A stretch of 64,000 nt of DNA, taken from NCBI GenBank assembly GCA_000004695.1, contig CM000151.3:6592001-6656000 (forward strand). The letters are read 5' to 3'. The DNA comes from Dictyostelium discoideum. Taxonomy: Eukaryota. Below the pieces are notes generated by a model. That model was not told the DNA's origin. It saw only the letters and a list, made by a program, of their open reading frames with translations, and did not search any database. Made by a program: the position numbers and the translations under genes. Below, piece after piece: positions 31,696 to 45,139 of the stretch (its first letter is position 1; each line of letters starts with the position of its first letter).

Positions 31696-32615
31696 TTTTT
31701 TTTTTTTTTTTTGATCTCTAAAAGGCACCAAATGTGATGTTTTGAAAGAAAATTGGAAAATGAATAAATTCATAGTTTTTTTTATTTATTTTTTTTTTTT
31801 TTTGAATTGTCAACTAATTTTCAACAACACATATTTTTAAACAAAAATGATTGGTTGATTGTGAAACCAAAATAGTTTGGCGTGTGTAAAATGAAAAATG
31901 AATAAAAAAAAAAGTTTTGCGATCATTTGATATCAAATTTAATTAAAAAAAAAACAAAAAATAAAAAAATAAAAAACGGTGTGGGCTAATTTCGAAAAGA
32001 AAAAAAAACAGTGTGGGCAAGTTTTTTCAATAATGAAATTATTTATAGAATTTTGAAAAAACAAATTTGGCACTCTTAATAAACAAAAAAAAAAAAAATA
32101 AAAAAAAAAAAATTGATTAATTTTGACCACACAGAATCAATAATTATAAATTACCTTTTTGTTTTTGAGATTGAGAAATTTCTTTTAATTCAAAAAAAAA
32201 AAAAAAAAAAATGAATAAAAAAAATAAAAAACCAGTATTCTGCGATTTTAGTTTTAATTAATGATTGTGATTTTGGTGATTAATATAAACTATAAAATTA
32301 TAAATTTACAATTATTTAATTGGGTGGATATGATTGTGTGTTGTTTATATATCTAATAATTTATAAAATATGTAGATATATGATGGATAATTAGAAAATG
32401 GTAGTGTGGCAACAAACTATAATTTACAATTAAAAAAATAAAAAAAATAAAAAAAAAAAAAATAGTAAAATGGAGTAATATAAAAAAAAAAAAAAAAAAA
32501 AAAATTAAATAAAATTAAGATATCTAATGTACAATTTAATGTTTTTAGAGAATAGTGAAATAAGTGAGAATTTGTGTTATTGCATATGGTGTGTGGTTTT
32601 TTTTTTATTTTTTTT

Positions 32616-32650
<35 letters not shown>

Positions 32651-32685
32651 TTTTTTTATTTTTATTTTTATTTTTATTAATAAAA

Positions 32686-32726
<41 letters not shown>

Positions 32727-33324
32727 AAATATCCAAAAACCCTTTTCCAAAAATTTTTATCGCTTTTACAAAACAATTCTCTGAAAAAAAAAAAAATAAA
32801 AAAAAAAATAAAAAAAAATGAAAAATAAAAAAAAAAAAAAAGGTGAAAATATTTCGCTATCAAATGAGATTGGTTTCCAAACGAGTGGGTTTTTTTGATT
32901 GTCGATTGTATGAAAAATATTCAAACAAAATATATAAATAATTTTTTAAAAAGATTTGTTTGCAGTTTAATTATTTGTTGGTTGGGTGGTGAAATTATTA
33001 TTATTATTTTTTATTATTTTTTTTTTTTTATTGGGTTTCCAAAAGGTTGATTTGGATTAAAACTTACTGATTGTATAATCGATTTGAATTTAATATTTTT
33101 TATTATTTTTTTTTATTAATTTTATTAAAAAATTTAATAAAATGTTGATTGATTAGATATTAAAGTTTCAAAGATTTTTTTTTTGTTGAAATATTATTGG
33201 TGAAAAAAATAATTAATGTTGAAAAATGGCTTTCTTTAATTAAAAAAACTATTTGATTGCTTTCTATAAATTTTTTATAGTTTGTATTGTATAATGAATG
33301 ATTATTATTAAAATGAAATTGAGG

Positions 33325-33364
<40 letters not shown>

Positions 33365-33387
33365 AAAAAGAAAAAAAAGAAAAAGAG

Positions 33388-33424
<37 letters not shown>

Positions 33425-34696
33425 TTTCGAATGTTTGACTTTGGACACATTTTTTTTATTAATATCTCTATAAAAGTGAAAGCCGTGGTTTATAATAATG
33501 AGTTTCTTTTTTTTTGATTGGTGGTCTAATTTTAACCACATTTAAAAATTGTCTCAAGTTTGTTATTTTATTTTTTTTTAATTTTTTTTTTTTTTTTTTT
33601 TTAACAATTTAAATCAATCGTGTTTCTACCAAAAATAGCCACCAGTTCATTTATAACAAAATCACTTCGGGTTTTTTCAATTGATTTTTTTTTTTAATTT
33701 TATTTATTTTAAATTATTTTTAATGATTTTTTTTTTTTTTGTGTCCTTCAACATTTTGAAAGCGGCGAAAGAGCGATAAACGTCACAAATTCTCAGAACA
33801 ATGCAAATTCAAAATTGGTGGATGTTTATTTTAATTTTTTTTTATTTTTTTTCTTTTTTTTTTATTTTTTTATTTTTTATTTTTTTTTGTGTTAGTAAAT
33901 GAAGAGAGTAAATTCAAATAAAATAAAATAGTTAAAATTAAAAGAAAAAAAAAAAAAAAAAATATTTACTTTTTTTTTTTTTTTGCTCTCTTACCAAAAA
34001 AACCTAGCAAAACAATAAAAAAAAAAAAAAAAAAATTAAAATGACCCAAATAAAATAATTGATTGTGTTTAAATTTTTCTTTTTTTTATTGTTTATTAAA
34101 ATTTCTCAATATAGAGTTATTAAATTCATGATGAAATTAACAATATAACTACTTCCATGAAATTAAATGAATTCGTAATACAGCTATTAAACCAGATTAT
34201 AGTTGTAATTTTACAGGTTCATTATCAATTGCTCTAAAAATAAATCAAGATTTGTTTTACTATTTCCATCATCAGATGTTTTGAGTTAAAATATTTCCAA
34301 AATTGTATCCTTTTTTAAATCACTAATGAAGATAGTTTTACCAATGCACTAACAACATGGCCATTAAATTAAATCCAATGTATAAAATGAGAAGGTGAAA
34401 AATAAAATTTATAATAGATATGATAATTTTTTTTTGTAAAAAAATCTTGATCTATTTTTTTTTTTTCCACAAAAATTTATACCAAAAAAGGTTTTTTATT
34501 TATTTGTGACATATTTTTTTATACAAACCTTAAAAAAAAATGAAAAAAAATATATTTTTCATTTTTTTTTTTTTTTTTTTTAACAACAATTTAATTATAT
34601 TTTTATTATGAATTTAGTATAGATAAATAGGACGCTCAAAAATATAAAAAATGAAATAAAAAATAAAAAAAATGTAATAAAATGATTAAAAATTCT

Positions 34697-34737
<41 letters not shown>

Positions 34738-35740
34738 GAAAATTTAATTATTTATCATTAATTTTTTATAAATGTATTTTTTTATTTGAAGAAAAATTGG
34801 AGGGAATATTCTTTAAATAAAAAAAATAGATACTAAAAAAAATAAAATTGATTTTATTGGATTGCCATGTGTAAGGCTTCGGTGTTTTATTAATATTTGT
34901 TCATTAGAAAAAAAAATAAATAAAAATATAAATAAAAATAAAAAAAAATTTTAAATTCTCCTGTTTAATTACAATAAATAATCCATTCTTCTATATTAAT
35001 TTTATTATTAAAAAAAAAAAAAAAAAAATAAAATAAAAACTAAAATTATAAAATTTAATTTAAGTTAAAAAATCAATATCGCTTTTTGTTTTTATAAAAA
35101 AATTAAAATTTTAAAATATATTTTTTTTAAAAAAAAAGAAAGTAAAACGAAAAGTAGAACTAATTTTAAAAATAAAAAAAAAAAATTATAAATTTTTAAA
35201 ATAAAATATCTTATTTATTTAAGTTGCCACATCATATTTTTTATAAAAAAAAATAAAAAAATAAAAAAACTAAAACAATCATCTTTCAAATTCTAAAAAG
35301 AATAGTGTGACATCACAGAAAAAAAAAAAAATTAAAAAAACTAAAAAAAAACTCTCGAACCAGAAGATGAATTCGTAAAATTAAAATATCTTTAATGATT
35401 TTTTTTTCATATGAAAATAATTTTAAAGGAATTATTTTTTTTTTTTTTTTTTTTTTTTTATTGGCCTTTAATAATTTGAATTAAAAAAATAAAAAAAAAA
35501 ATTCCAAAAAAATAAATTCTAAAAAAAATCTAAAAACTATTAATCATTATAAAAAATCAAGATATTTAGAAAAAAAAATTAAAAAAAAAACTATTTTTTT
35601 TTTTTTTTTTTTTTTTCGTCCATTGATATAAAAAACAATTCATTCTGTTTAAACATAAATTAGCTATTTAAAAAATAAATAAAATTTTAAAACAAATATA
35701 TATATAATAAATAAAAACAAAAAAAAAAAAAAAAAAAAAA

Positions 35741-36430
35741 ATGAAATTATTATTAACATTAATTTTAATAATTGTAAATTATTGTTGTTTCATAAATGCA
35801 AATAAATTATTTGTAAATTTTGTTGGATCATATAGTTCAAATACATGCGATGGTAATCCAAGTGGAATTGGTTTTTCTTTAGCTGTTGGCCAATGTCTTC
35901 CAATTGAAGGTGTTTTATCATATGTTATAAACGATATGCCACCAACTACCAATTGGTTCATTACAATGGGCGGCAATGGCAATAGTTTCACACTCAAGCA
36001 ATATGATAGCCAAGATCAATGGTGCAAACAAGACCCAATCAATACACTCCAATTCGATAATTTCGATACTTGCGTAGAACAACCAGCTTTCATCAATGTT
36101 AATAATTCTCTTCTTGCCGATACCCCTGTTGTTTATTCCAAATTAACTCTCTCCCAAAATGTTCCAACCTACGCTCCAGACTCTGTGATCATTGGTCAAT
36201 ACAATACAAATACTAATGTTTGTACCTACAATGATCAACAATTCGGTGTCTCTTACACCTCTGGTACTGTCATCTATAATGAAAATGGTATTTCAATTCA
36301 TGTCTTATGTAATCAAGTTAATCAATCAATGATGTTCAAATGTAAAGAAAGTAAATGCGGTGAAACCTTTATTGACACTTATTGTCAAATGTCTGGTGAT
36401 GTTCAAATTTATTGTAACTCAAATAATTAA
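35741..36430 (+). CDS. secreted Cys-rich protein (229 aa), paralog A of a tandem pair
   Basis: Signal peptide MKLLLTLILIIVNYCCFINA, then KLFVNFVG. There are 10 conserved Cys shared with the downstream paralog. Antisense ORF 35779..35997 rejected. Confidence 0.55.
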   Translation: MKLLLTLILIIVNYCCFINANKLFVNFVGSYSSNTCDGNPSGIGFSLAVGQCLPIEGVLSYVINDMPPTTNWFITMGGNGNSFTLKQYDSQDQWCKQDPINTLQFDNFDTCVEQPAFINVNNSLLADTPVVYSKLTLSQNVPTYAPDSVIIGQYNTNTNVCTYNDQQFGVSYTSGTVIYNENGISIHVLCNQVNQSMMFKCKESKCGETFIDTYCQMSGDVQIYCNSNN

Positions 36431-36658
36431 AAATAAAAATAAAAATAAAAATATAAATAAAAATAAAAAATTAAACTACAATTTTTTTTATTTTATTATT
36501 TTGTTAACACTATTTAAAATTTAATATATTTTAATTAATCATTTATTAAAATCCATTTCTGAATTATTTTTATTTTATTTTATTTTTTTTTTTTTTATTT
36601 TTTTGTTTTTTTTTTCCCATTAACCATTTTTATTTTTTTCATAAAAAAAAAATATCTG

Positions 36659-36692
<34 letters not shown>

Positions 36693-36907
36693 GAAAAAAA
36701 AAGCAGATTCTAAAAATCAACTTTGGAATGAAAATATCTTGATTCTGGGGTGATGATAAAAGTCTATAGATTTTTATTTTTTTTTTTTAAAAATTGAAAA
36801 AATTAAAATTAAAAAAATAAAAATTAAAAAAATTATTCGTGTTTATTAAAGTTGATACATCATCATCATTTCATACTTTTTTTTTTAACATTAACAAATA
36901 ATTAAAA

Positions 36908-36909
36908 AA

Positions 36910-36988
<79 letters not shown>

Positions 36989-36990
36989 AT
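36908..36990. repeat. (AAATAAAT)n tetranucleotide-based microsatellite immediately upstream of paralog B
   Basis: ATAAATAAATAAATAAAT... for ~80 nt. A similar tract is at 38398-38450. Confidence 0.85.
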
Positions 36991-36997
36991 TAAAAAA

Positions 36998-37375
36998 ATG
37001 AAATTATTATTTGGATTAATATTATTAATTGTAAATTATTGTTATTTAATTAATGCAAATAAATTATTTGTAAATTTTGTTGGAACTTATAATTCTGAAT
37101 CTTGTAGTGAAAGTCCAATTGGAACTGGTTTCTCTATGGCTCTTGGGCAATGTGTTCAAATGCAAGGTATTTTTTCTTATGTCACTAGTAGTTCACCAGA
37201 GGCAACAATTTGGATGGCAACATTGGGTGGTGATGGTAATAGCTTTACATTAAAACAATTCCATAGCTCTGATAAACTTTGTACTGAAGATCCAATAAAT
37301 ACTGTTAAATATAATAAATTTGATACTTGTGTTCAACAACCATCCTTCTTAACTTCAAATAATTCTCTCTTGGCC

Positions 37376-37435
<60 letters not shown>

Positions 37436-37732
37436 CTAGTTTATTCCAAATTAACTTTATCCCAAAATGCTCCTTCCTATGCCCCAAATTCTGTAATAAT
37501 TGCTCGTTACAATTCAAGTGATTCCGTTTGTAATTATAATAATCAAAACTATGGTATTTCTTATTCCACAGGTTCTGTAATCTATAATGAAAATGGTGTT
37601 TCTGTCTATGTTGTATGCGATCAATCAAACCAATCAATACTTTTCCACTGCCAAAATGATCAATGTGTTCAATCATTTACTGATACTTCTTGTGACATGC
37701 CACCAAATGACTTACAAATTTATTGTAACTAA
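36998..37732 (+). CDS. secreted Cys-rich protein (244 aa), paralog B, with an internal (AAT)18 poly-Asn insertion
   Basis: MKLLFGLILLIVNYCYLINANKLFVNFVG... is collinear with the 35741 gene: same Cys spacing, TLSQNxPxYAP, VIYNENG, and a shared ending QIYCN. Relative to paralog A it has an extra 18-Asn tract at 37380-37433. Confidence 0.55.
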
Positions 37733-37786
37733 TTATTAAATTAAAATAATAAAATAATAAAATAATAAAATAAAATAAAAAGTTGC

Positions 37787-37824
<38 letters not shown>

Positions 37825-38366
37825 TTATTTTTTTTTTTTTTTCCATTTATTATTATTTATTTTAATTTATTATTGTTGGAATATTTTTTAAATAAGTTTT
37901 GGTTTAATTGATAGATTGATTGATAGATCATATCTTTTTTAGTTTTTTATTTTTTTTTTTTTTTTTGTGACGCAAAGTTTGCCAACCAGAGTACTCACAA
38001 AATTTTCATTGAAAATAAATAAAATAAAAAAATAAAATTAAAAAAAAAATAAAATTAAAAAAAAAAAAATAAAAAAATTTTAAAAAATAAAAGAAAAAAA
38101 AAAAAAAACTTTATTAATTCAATTTAAAAAAAAATACTAATTTTCAATCAAATATTATTTCATTGTGTGTTTTATTTTTTAAAGGTTAGTAATAATTATT
38201 ATTATATAAATACAAGTTTATTATATATCTATTTCTTTATCGTGAATATTCATACAAGCACACACTCACACTTTTATAATATTGTGGTACAATATTGCAT
38301 TATTATATTTATTATTTTGATACAACACCACACTAAATATACTACAAAAATTTTTTTTTGGGAAGG

Positions 38367-38445
<79 letters not shown>

Positions 38446-38548
38446 ACAATAATAATAATAGTGTAACTGTATTTTATGTATATATAATTTTTAAATTATA
38501 AATAAAAAAAATAAAAAATAATAAAAAACAAAAAAAATAAATAAATAG

Positions 38549-38596
<48 letters not shown>

Positions 38597-38771
38597 AAAT
38601 TTCAAATTCTTACCCCTTTTATTTTTTTTATTTTTTCATAATATAAACCCACACAAAAATAAATAAATAAATAGATAAAAACAAATAATAATACTACTGT
38701 ATTTTTTTATTTTTTATTTTTTTATTTTTTTTATTTTTTTATTTTTTTTTTTTAAAATTTAATTTTTTTTT

Positions 38772-38805
<34 letters not shown>

Positions 38806-39151
38806 CCCAAAAATTCAAAAACTCAACTTAAACCCAAATCCATACTAAAATTATTATTACCCTATCCTTTCATTTAGACTATAATAGAATAATTTTAAAC
38901 ACCTAAAAATAAATAAATAGCTTATAAAAAAAATAATAAAAATAAATAGTTACCAACTAAATAAATAATAATTAAAAATTATAGTTAAAAATACCTTTTT
39001 AACAAATATCCAATATTTAAAAAAAAAATAAAAAAAAAAAAAAAATAATAATAAATAATAAAAAAAAATAAATAAATAATAATAATAATAATAAAATAAT
39101 AATAATAGCAACAATAAATAAAATAAAATAAAATAAAATAAAAAAAAAAGA

Positions 39152-40139
39152 ATGGAATCATATTCACCATCAATTCAAAAACTATGTGTTTTCTTAAAAC
39201 CAGAATCAGATATTTCAAACACTGGTATTTCATACTTAAATAATTTCCTCGCTGATATGAGCAATGCCATCATTGTTGAATCAATTCATAGTTCAAAATC
39301 ACATAAACACAAGACAATTCTAATTGAAGACATTGAATCAGCACTCAATGTTGTTTTCCCATCTGAAATTGCAGACTCAATTATTAATCAATCAAAAGGT
39401 CGTATTCAAAGTACTTCTTTAAAGAATTTAATGCAAGTTAAAACTTTTAATAATGGTGGTAATAATAATAATAATAATGAACAAGATAATGATCTACAAG
39501 AAAAAGAACAAAATGAATTATCAGATGATTCAGATGTTGAAGGATTTGAAATTATACCAAATAATAACAATATCTACTCACATGACGTTAGTCTTTGTTT
39601 TCCAATTGATTTGGTGTGTCGTGTAACATTGGATTACATTTGTAGAAAGAAGGTAATCCACCAGAATCCATCCGATTTCTACAAGGTGATAGAACAACAA
39701 CAATCGAATCACGTTATCTATACCTACATCTCTTATGCATTGGAGGTTATCACCACCAAGATTTTAATTAAAATTTCTTCATCCACAGACTTGATCGATG
39801 AAGATATCATCCGAAAAGTCATTCAAGATAATCATCATTTAAATTCAGTTCGTCATAAAAATATTCAAGCTTCAAATATTGCTGGTAAATTGTTAGATTC
39901 TTCTTCCTCTTCAAATTCTAATTTACAAACTTCCTTATCTTCTTCTTTTATTTTCTCTTCAAGTAGTAATAATACTACTACTTTTACACAACAAGAACAA
40001 CAAGAACAATTCAACGACGATAAAATTAGTGGTGATGAAATTGAATTTGAAATTAATAATAGTAAATATTTGGAAAAAGAGGATAAAAAAGATCAATTAA
40101 TTCAAAAAGATGAAGAAATTATTTTAAAAACTTTTAATG

Positions 40140-40208
<69 letters not shown>

Positions 40209-40576
40209 TTAATATTAATAACGATAATGATAATAATAATAATAATAATAAAAATAATGATAATAAAAATTATGATAATAATAATAATAATAATGCCGAT
40301 AAAATAGAAAAACTATCACCTGTAAATAATAATGTAAAAAATAGCGAAATTGAAAAAAATATAGAAAAATTAAAAAATATAAATAATAATAATAATGTTG
40401 AAATTAATGAAGCTTTAATTTCAATCATTAAAGAAACTTGTAAAAATATTCCTTCTTCATCATTTTCTTCTGTAAAAAACTTGAAACGTTCACCACCATC
40501 TTTATTTAAATTCAAAGAGCCAATCGATTTGGTTCAAGTTTTAGCTGAAGGAGGTATACATATGGAAGCAACGTGA

Positions 40577-40607
<31 letters not shown>

Positions 40608-40799
40608 ATTATTATTTTAATTTTTTTAATTAAAAAAATAATTAATATCCCTCAATTTTTAATTACACTTTCTAACATACAATTTTTTTTTTTTTTTATT
40701 TTAATTTTTTATTCAAACAGGAATGGAATGTTTTTAGTTTTATTAGTATTAATGGGTTTTGTTATCCAACATGTCACACATACTCAACAAGTTTGTTGA
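39152..40799 (+). CDS. histone H2B-fold domain protein with a long Asn/Ser-rich C-terminal extension and a probable 3' tail-anchor exon; join(39152..40572, 40721..40799)
   Basis: The N-terminus ESYSPSIQKLCVFLKPESDISNTGISYLNNFLADMSNAIIVESIHSSKSHKHKTILIEDIESALNVVFPSEIADSIINQSKGRIQ aligns residue by residue with canonical H2B ([84 protein letters not shown]). The ORF stop overlaps a GTGAGT donor (40573). The acceptor CAG (40719-20) joins in phase to 26 codons encoding NGMFLVLLVLMGFVIQHVTHTQQVC, a single TM helix. Confidence 0.5.
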
Positions 40800-40973
40800 T
40801 CAATTAATTTATCACTTTTCAATTTTTTATTTTGATCATCAAAAAAAATCTCATTTTATTCTATATTTACCATTTTTAATCTTTTCTTTTTTTTATTTAT
40901 TTCCTTTTTTTTTTTATCACAAAAAAAAAAAAAAAAAGAAAAAAAAAAAAAATAAAAAAAATAAAATCAAATA

Positions 40974-41006
<33 letters not shown>

Positions 41007-41146
41007 AACAAAAAGAAAAAAAACTTTTTGATTTTCAATTAATATAACATTTTTAAGACAAAAAAAATTCTTGGTTTATTTATTTTTTTTTTTTTGGATA
41101 ATTATAAATAAATAAAAAATCTAATTTCCAAAATTTATTTTTTTTT

Positions 41147-41184
<38 letters not shown>

Positions 41185-41195
41185 TTTAATTTTTT

Positions 41196-41251
<56 letters not shown>

Positions 41252-41634
41252 CTTTCTTCTTCCTACATCTATCCAATTAAACGAGTGGAAGTGAAAAATT
41301 TATAAAAAGAGAAAAGTAAAAGGATAGTGAAATAGGGATTTAGAAATTAATTTTTATAATTTTATTTAATTTTATTTTCTCAATTAAACAGAACAAAATA
41401 AAAAAAAAAAAAAAAAAAAAAAAAGTAAAGGTAATGTGATATATAAAACACCCACCACACTAAAAATAAAAAAAACAATTGTTTCAGTTTTTACATGTTT
41501 TTTTTTTTTTTCACACAGATCCAAATTTTTTTTTTTATTCATTGTTTTATTTTATAACATATTGTTGCAACACTGTTGTTTTTGTTTTTGTTTTTTTAAA
41601 TTATAAAAAATTAATACAATAAAAAAAAAAATTA

Positions 41635-42042
41635 ATGATGGAAATTGATAAGAATGTTGAACAATCATCTAATAAAGTTGAATATAATCAACCAAAATCA
41701 CCAATAACTTCAATTTTAGTAAACAACAATAGTAGTAATAATAATAATAATAGTAATAATAAAAATAATAACAATGAGGAAGAATTTGACATATCATCAC
41801 CATTAACATTATCACCAATTGCTAATTGTGGGGCAAGTGGTAGTAATATTGATTCATCAATTGATAATACACCTCACCTATTATCACAAATATCCACTCC
41901 ACCAATATCATCAACTTCATCTATTACATTATTAAATGATAAAAAAAAAGGAATCTATTCAACTTTTTTAGATTTAGATTATTATAATAATACTTATTTA
42001 AAAAATAAACAAAAAATATTACAACCAAAATTAAATCAACAA

Positions 42043-42073
<31 letters not shown>

Positions 42074-42187
42074 CTAAAACATTAACATTTTCATTAGATT
42101 CACAACAACAGCAACAACAACAACCACAACTCCAATCACCTCAATTAATAGATCAACAACAACAACAACAACAACAACAGCAACAGC

Positions 42188-42219
<32 letters not shown>

Positions 42220-42907
42220 ATACCATATCATCAAAGAAAACATCATATATCAATTAGAGATGGTGATGATAATGATAATGAAGTAGATTCATTTAATATT
42301 TTAAGTCAAAATCAATTAATTCATCAAACATTTAATAATCCACAAAATCATCATTACTTTTCATCAACATCACCATCTTTATTGTATCACCACCAACAAC
42401 AAACACAATTAGAACAAAAACCAATTTATTCATCTTCATCTTCATCATCAATTTTATCATCACTATCATCATCAACAATTTCATTTTATAATTCTATTAC
42501 ATCATTATTTCTAACGTTTCCACAAACTATTAGTACAGATCCAATTATAATTAGAGAATACGAAAGATTAAAAATGTTACAAGAACAACAGGTAGGACCA
42601 AGACATACAGAGATTTTATTAAGAAAAGAGGATGGAGTTGGAGGAAGAAAAGCATTGAAAGAAAAGTTTGTTGAAATCTATGAATCCTTTTTCAATGGTG
42701 AAGATCCATCAGAGAACCAACCAATTTTTTGGGAACAATTATTTTTAATTAAAGTTAATATTCCATTCCTTGAAAGATGTATAATCCTAACATCTGAAGA
42801 GAATTTATTAGCTTTAAAACAAAATATTAATAAAATTTTCACTCAATCTTGTTTTTGGTTAAAAGATTCAAATTCTTTAAGATTAACTCATATTATTGAA
42901 GTAAGTA

Positions 42908-42942
<35 letters not shown>

Positions 42943-44269
42943 ATCATTATTATTAATAATATATTTTATATTTTTTATTTTATTTTATTTTAATTTAGAC
43001 ATTAAGTATATTATTAAAAAGTATATTTAGAAAGAAATTTAATAATTTTGGATTTGATATTTTAAATATTTTATGTGGTATAGAGAATTCAGATCAAGTT
43101 TTTACAGATATGATAAAAGATTTAGAACAATTATTAAAGAATTCAAGTATTGATAAAAAGGTTAAAATTGGTGTTATCAATTTATTTACAATCATTGCAA
43201 CAGCAACAGAATATATTAATCAAAATACACTCTTACAATACTTTATGTCTGTAAATATCTTTGATACATTGGTTACATTCTTGGGTGAAGATGATATTCC
43301 AAAACAAACTCAATTAAATATTCTCACTTTACTTTGTTACTTTTCAAACTTTCAAAAATATGAAATTACAAATCCATATTTAAAAGATTTATCAAATTTA
43401 TCTGATCCAATTAAAGTAAATTTAATAATTTAATAATTTAATAACTTAATTTTATATTTTATTATTAACATTTTTTTTTTTTTTTTTTCATATAATTTTA
43501 GATATTAAAAATTTTAAATTTAATAACACAAAATTTAAAAGATCATAATGAATTTTTTGAACAACAATATAGAGATCCAAATTTAGGTATGGTATCAAGA
43601 TTTAGTGGATATTTAAGTAGTTGGGTTTATTCACCTAAAGTAGTACAACCATTATCATTCTATGAAACTGGATCAAGTTTAATGATATTGTATGAATTAT
43701 TCTATCAAAATGATCATTTTGTAAACATGTTGGTAAAAGGTGGATTACCATTTGCAAATGGTGGTGAAAATGGTTCAACATGTCCAGATATCATTAAACA
43801 ATTCTTTAGTTTTTGTGCTTATTTAGCATCGGATGCTCAAAAGGATTTGAAAACCATTTACTCTAGAATGGCATTGTTAATATTACTTTGCATTTGTGAA
43901 AAGAGAGAATTGGAAGATTTCTTTCATGATATTAAATCAACTTGTTATATCTTTATCTACTCAAAGAAATCATTGTTCTCAGATCCAAAGGAAACTGAAA
44001 AACATCCTTTATCATGTTGGACATTGGATATTTTATCTCAATTCATCAAATGTAATCTCAAAGGTAAAATCTCAATGGATGTTCATCAAAGTGCTGTAGA
44101 TTGTATTCATCGTATAGTATCTTATAAAAAGAAAACTTTAAATCGTTTACCTTATAAATGGAGTGAACTTTGGAGTGCTTTATTCTCTTTAATTTCAATG
44201 GTTTCAACTTTAAATATTTCAAATGATAAAATTCAATTAAATCAATCAATTCATGTTGGTATAAGTGTA

Positions 44270-44323
<54 letters not shown>

Positions 44324-44947
44324 CTTCTCTAAAAATAATATTTTATTAACTTTTTTTTTTTTTTTTCACTTTTCCCCAAGACTGTTAATATTTTTAATCT
44401 TTTTATAAATTATGGTGATTCATTTTTACCAAGTCCAAATGATTATGATGAATTATTTTATGAAATTATTCGTTCTGGTCAAGTTATTGAAAATTTTTAT
44501 CAATTTATTTTAAACCAAACAACAACTGGAGGTCAAAGTGTTACATCTCCATCAGCAGCAGCATCAGCATCTAATCCAACAACACCAACTCCATTATCAC
44601 CTCAACAATTACCAACTATTACTACTACTACTACTACCATCACTTCTAATAATGAATCAAATAATCCATTATTAAATCAATTATTAAATATAAGATCAAT
44701 CGTTCAACACTTTACAAGTAAACTTGAAGAGTGGTCAGCAAATAATGCAGAGGTTGCTTTAACTGCACCACAAGTTTCAAAAATCATTAAAGATAATTAT
44801 GATACACTCAGACTTAAACTTCAAGAGAATTTAGATCAATTTGAACCATATGTTGAAAATCCAAAAGAAGTTTTATTCTTTAAACATATTATTAAAGAAT
44901 TAATTAATGATTTAAGGAAACAAATTAATGTTACTAATATAATTTAA
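41635..44947 (+). CDS. large (~1000 aa) protein with an N-terminal poly-Q/N region and a conserved-looking alpha-helical C-terminal region; four exons, join(41635..42900, 42999..43415, 43502..44266, 44381..44947)
   Basis: Three consecutive ORFs (41635, 43110, 43589) plus a fourth open segment are linked in frame by GTAAGT, GTAAAT and GTAAGT donors and AT-rich introns ending in TTTAG/CCAAG. All four phases are 0. The C-terminal half has ordinary complexity, so it is probably a folded domain. I could not identify the family. Confidence 0.5.
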
Positions 44948-44966
44948 AAAAAAAAAAAAAAAAAAA

Positions 44967-44999
<33 letters not shown>

Positions 45000-45139
45000 A
45001 AAAATAAATAAATAAATAGATATTCTAAATAAATAAATAAATATTATAAATAAATATAATTTTTTTAAAAAAAAAATATTAAATTTAAAAGTTTACCTTT
45101 TTTTTTTATTAAACAAATATTTAATTATATAATTAATTA

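Noticed and set aside
31404-33541. Several ORFs in the 29-35.7 kb desert (31404-, 31529+, 31564-, 31939-, 32417-, 32527+, 32574+, 33160-, 33308-)
   Set aside because: All are poly-Lys or poly-Phe readings of A/T homopolymers, and none has codon-level complexity.
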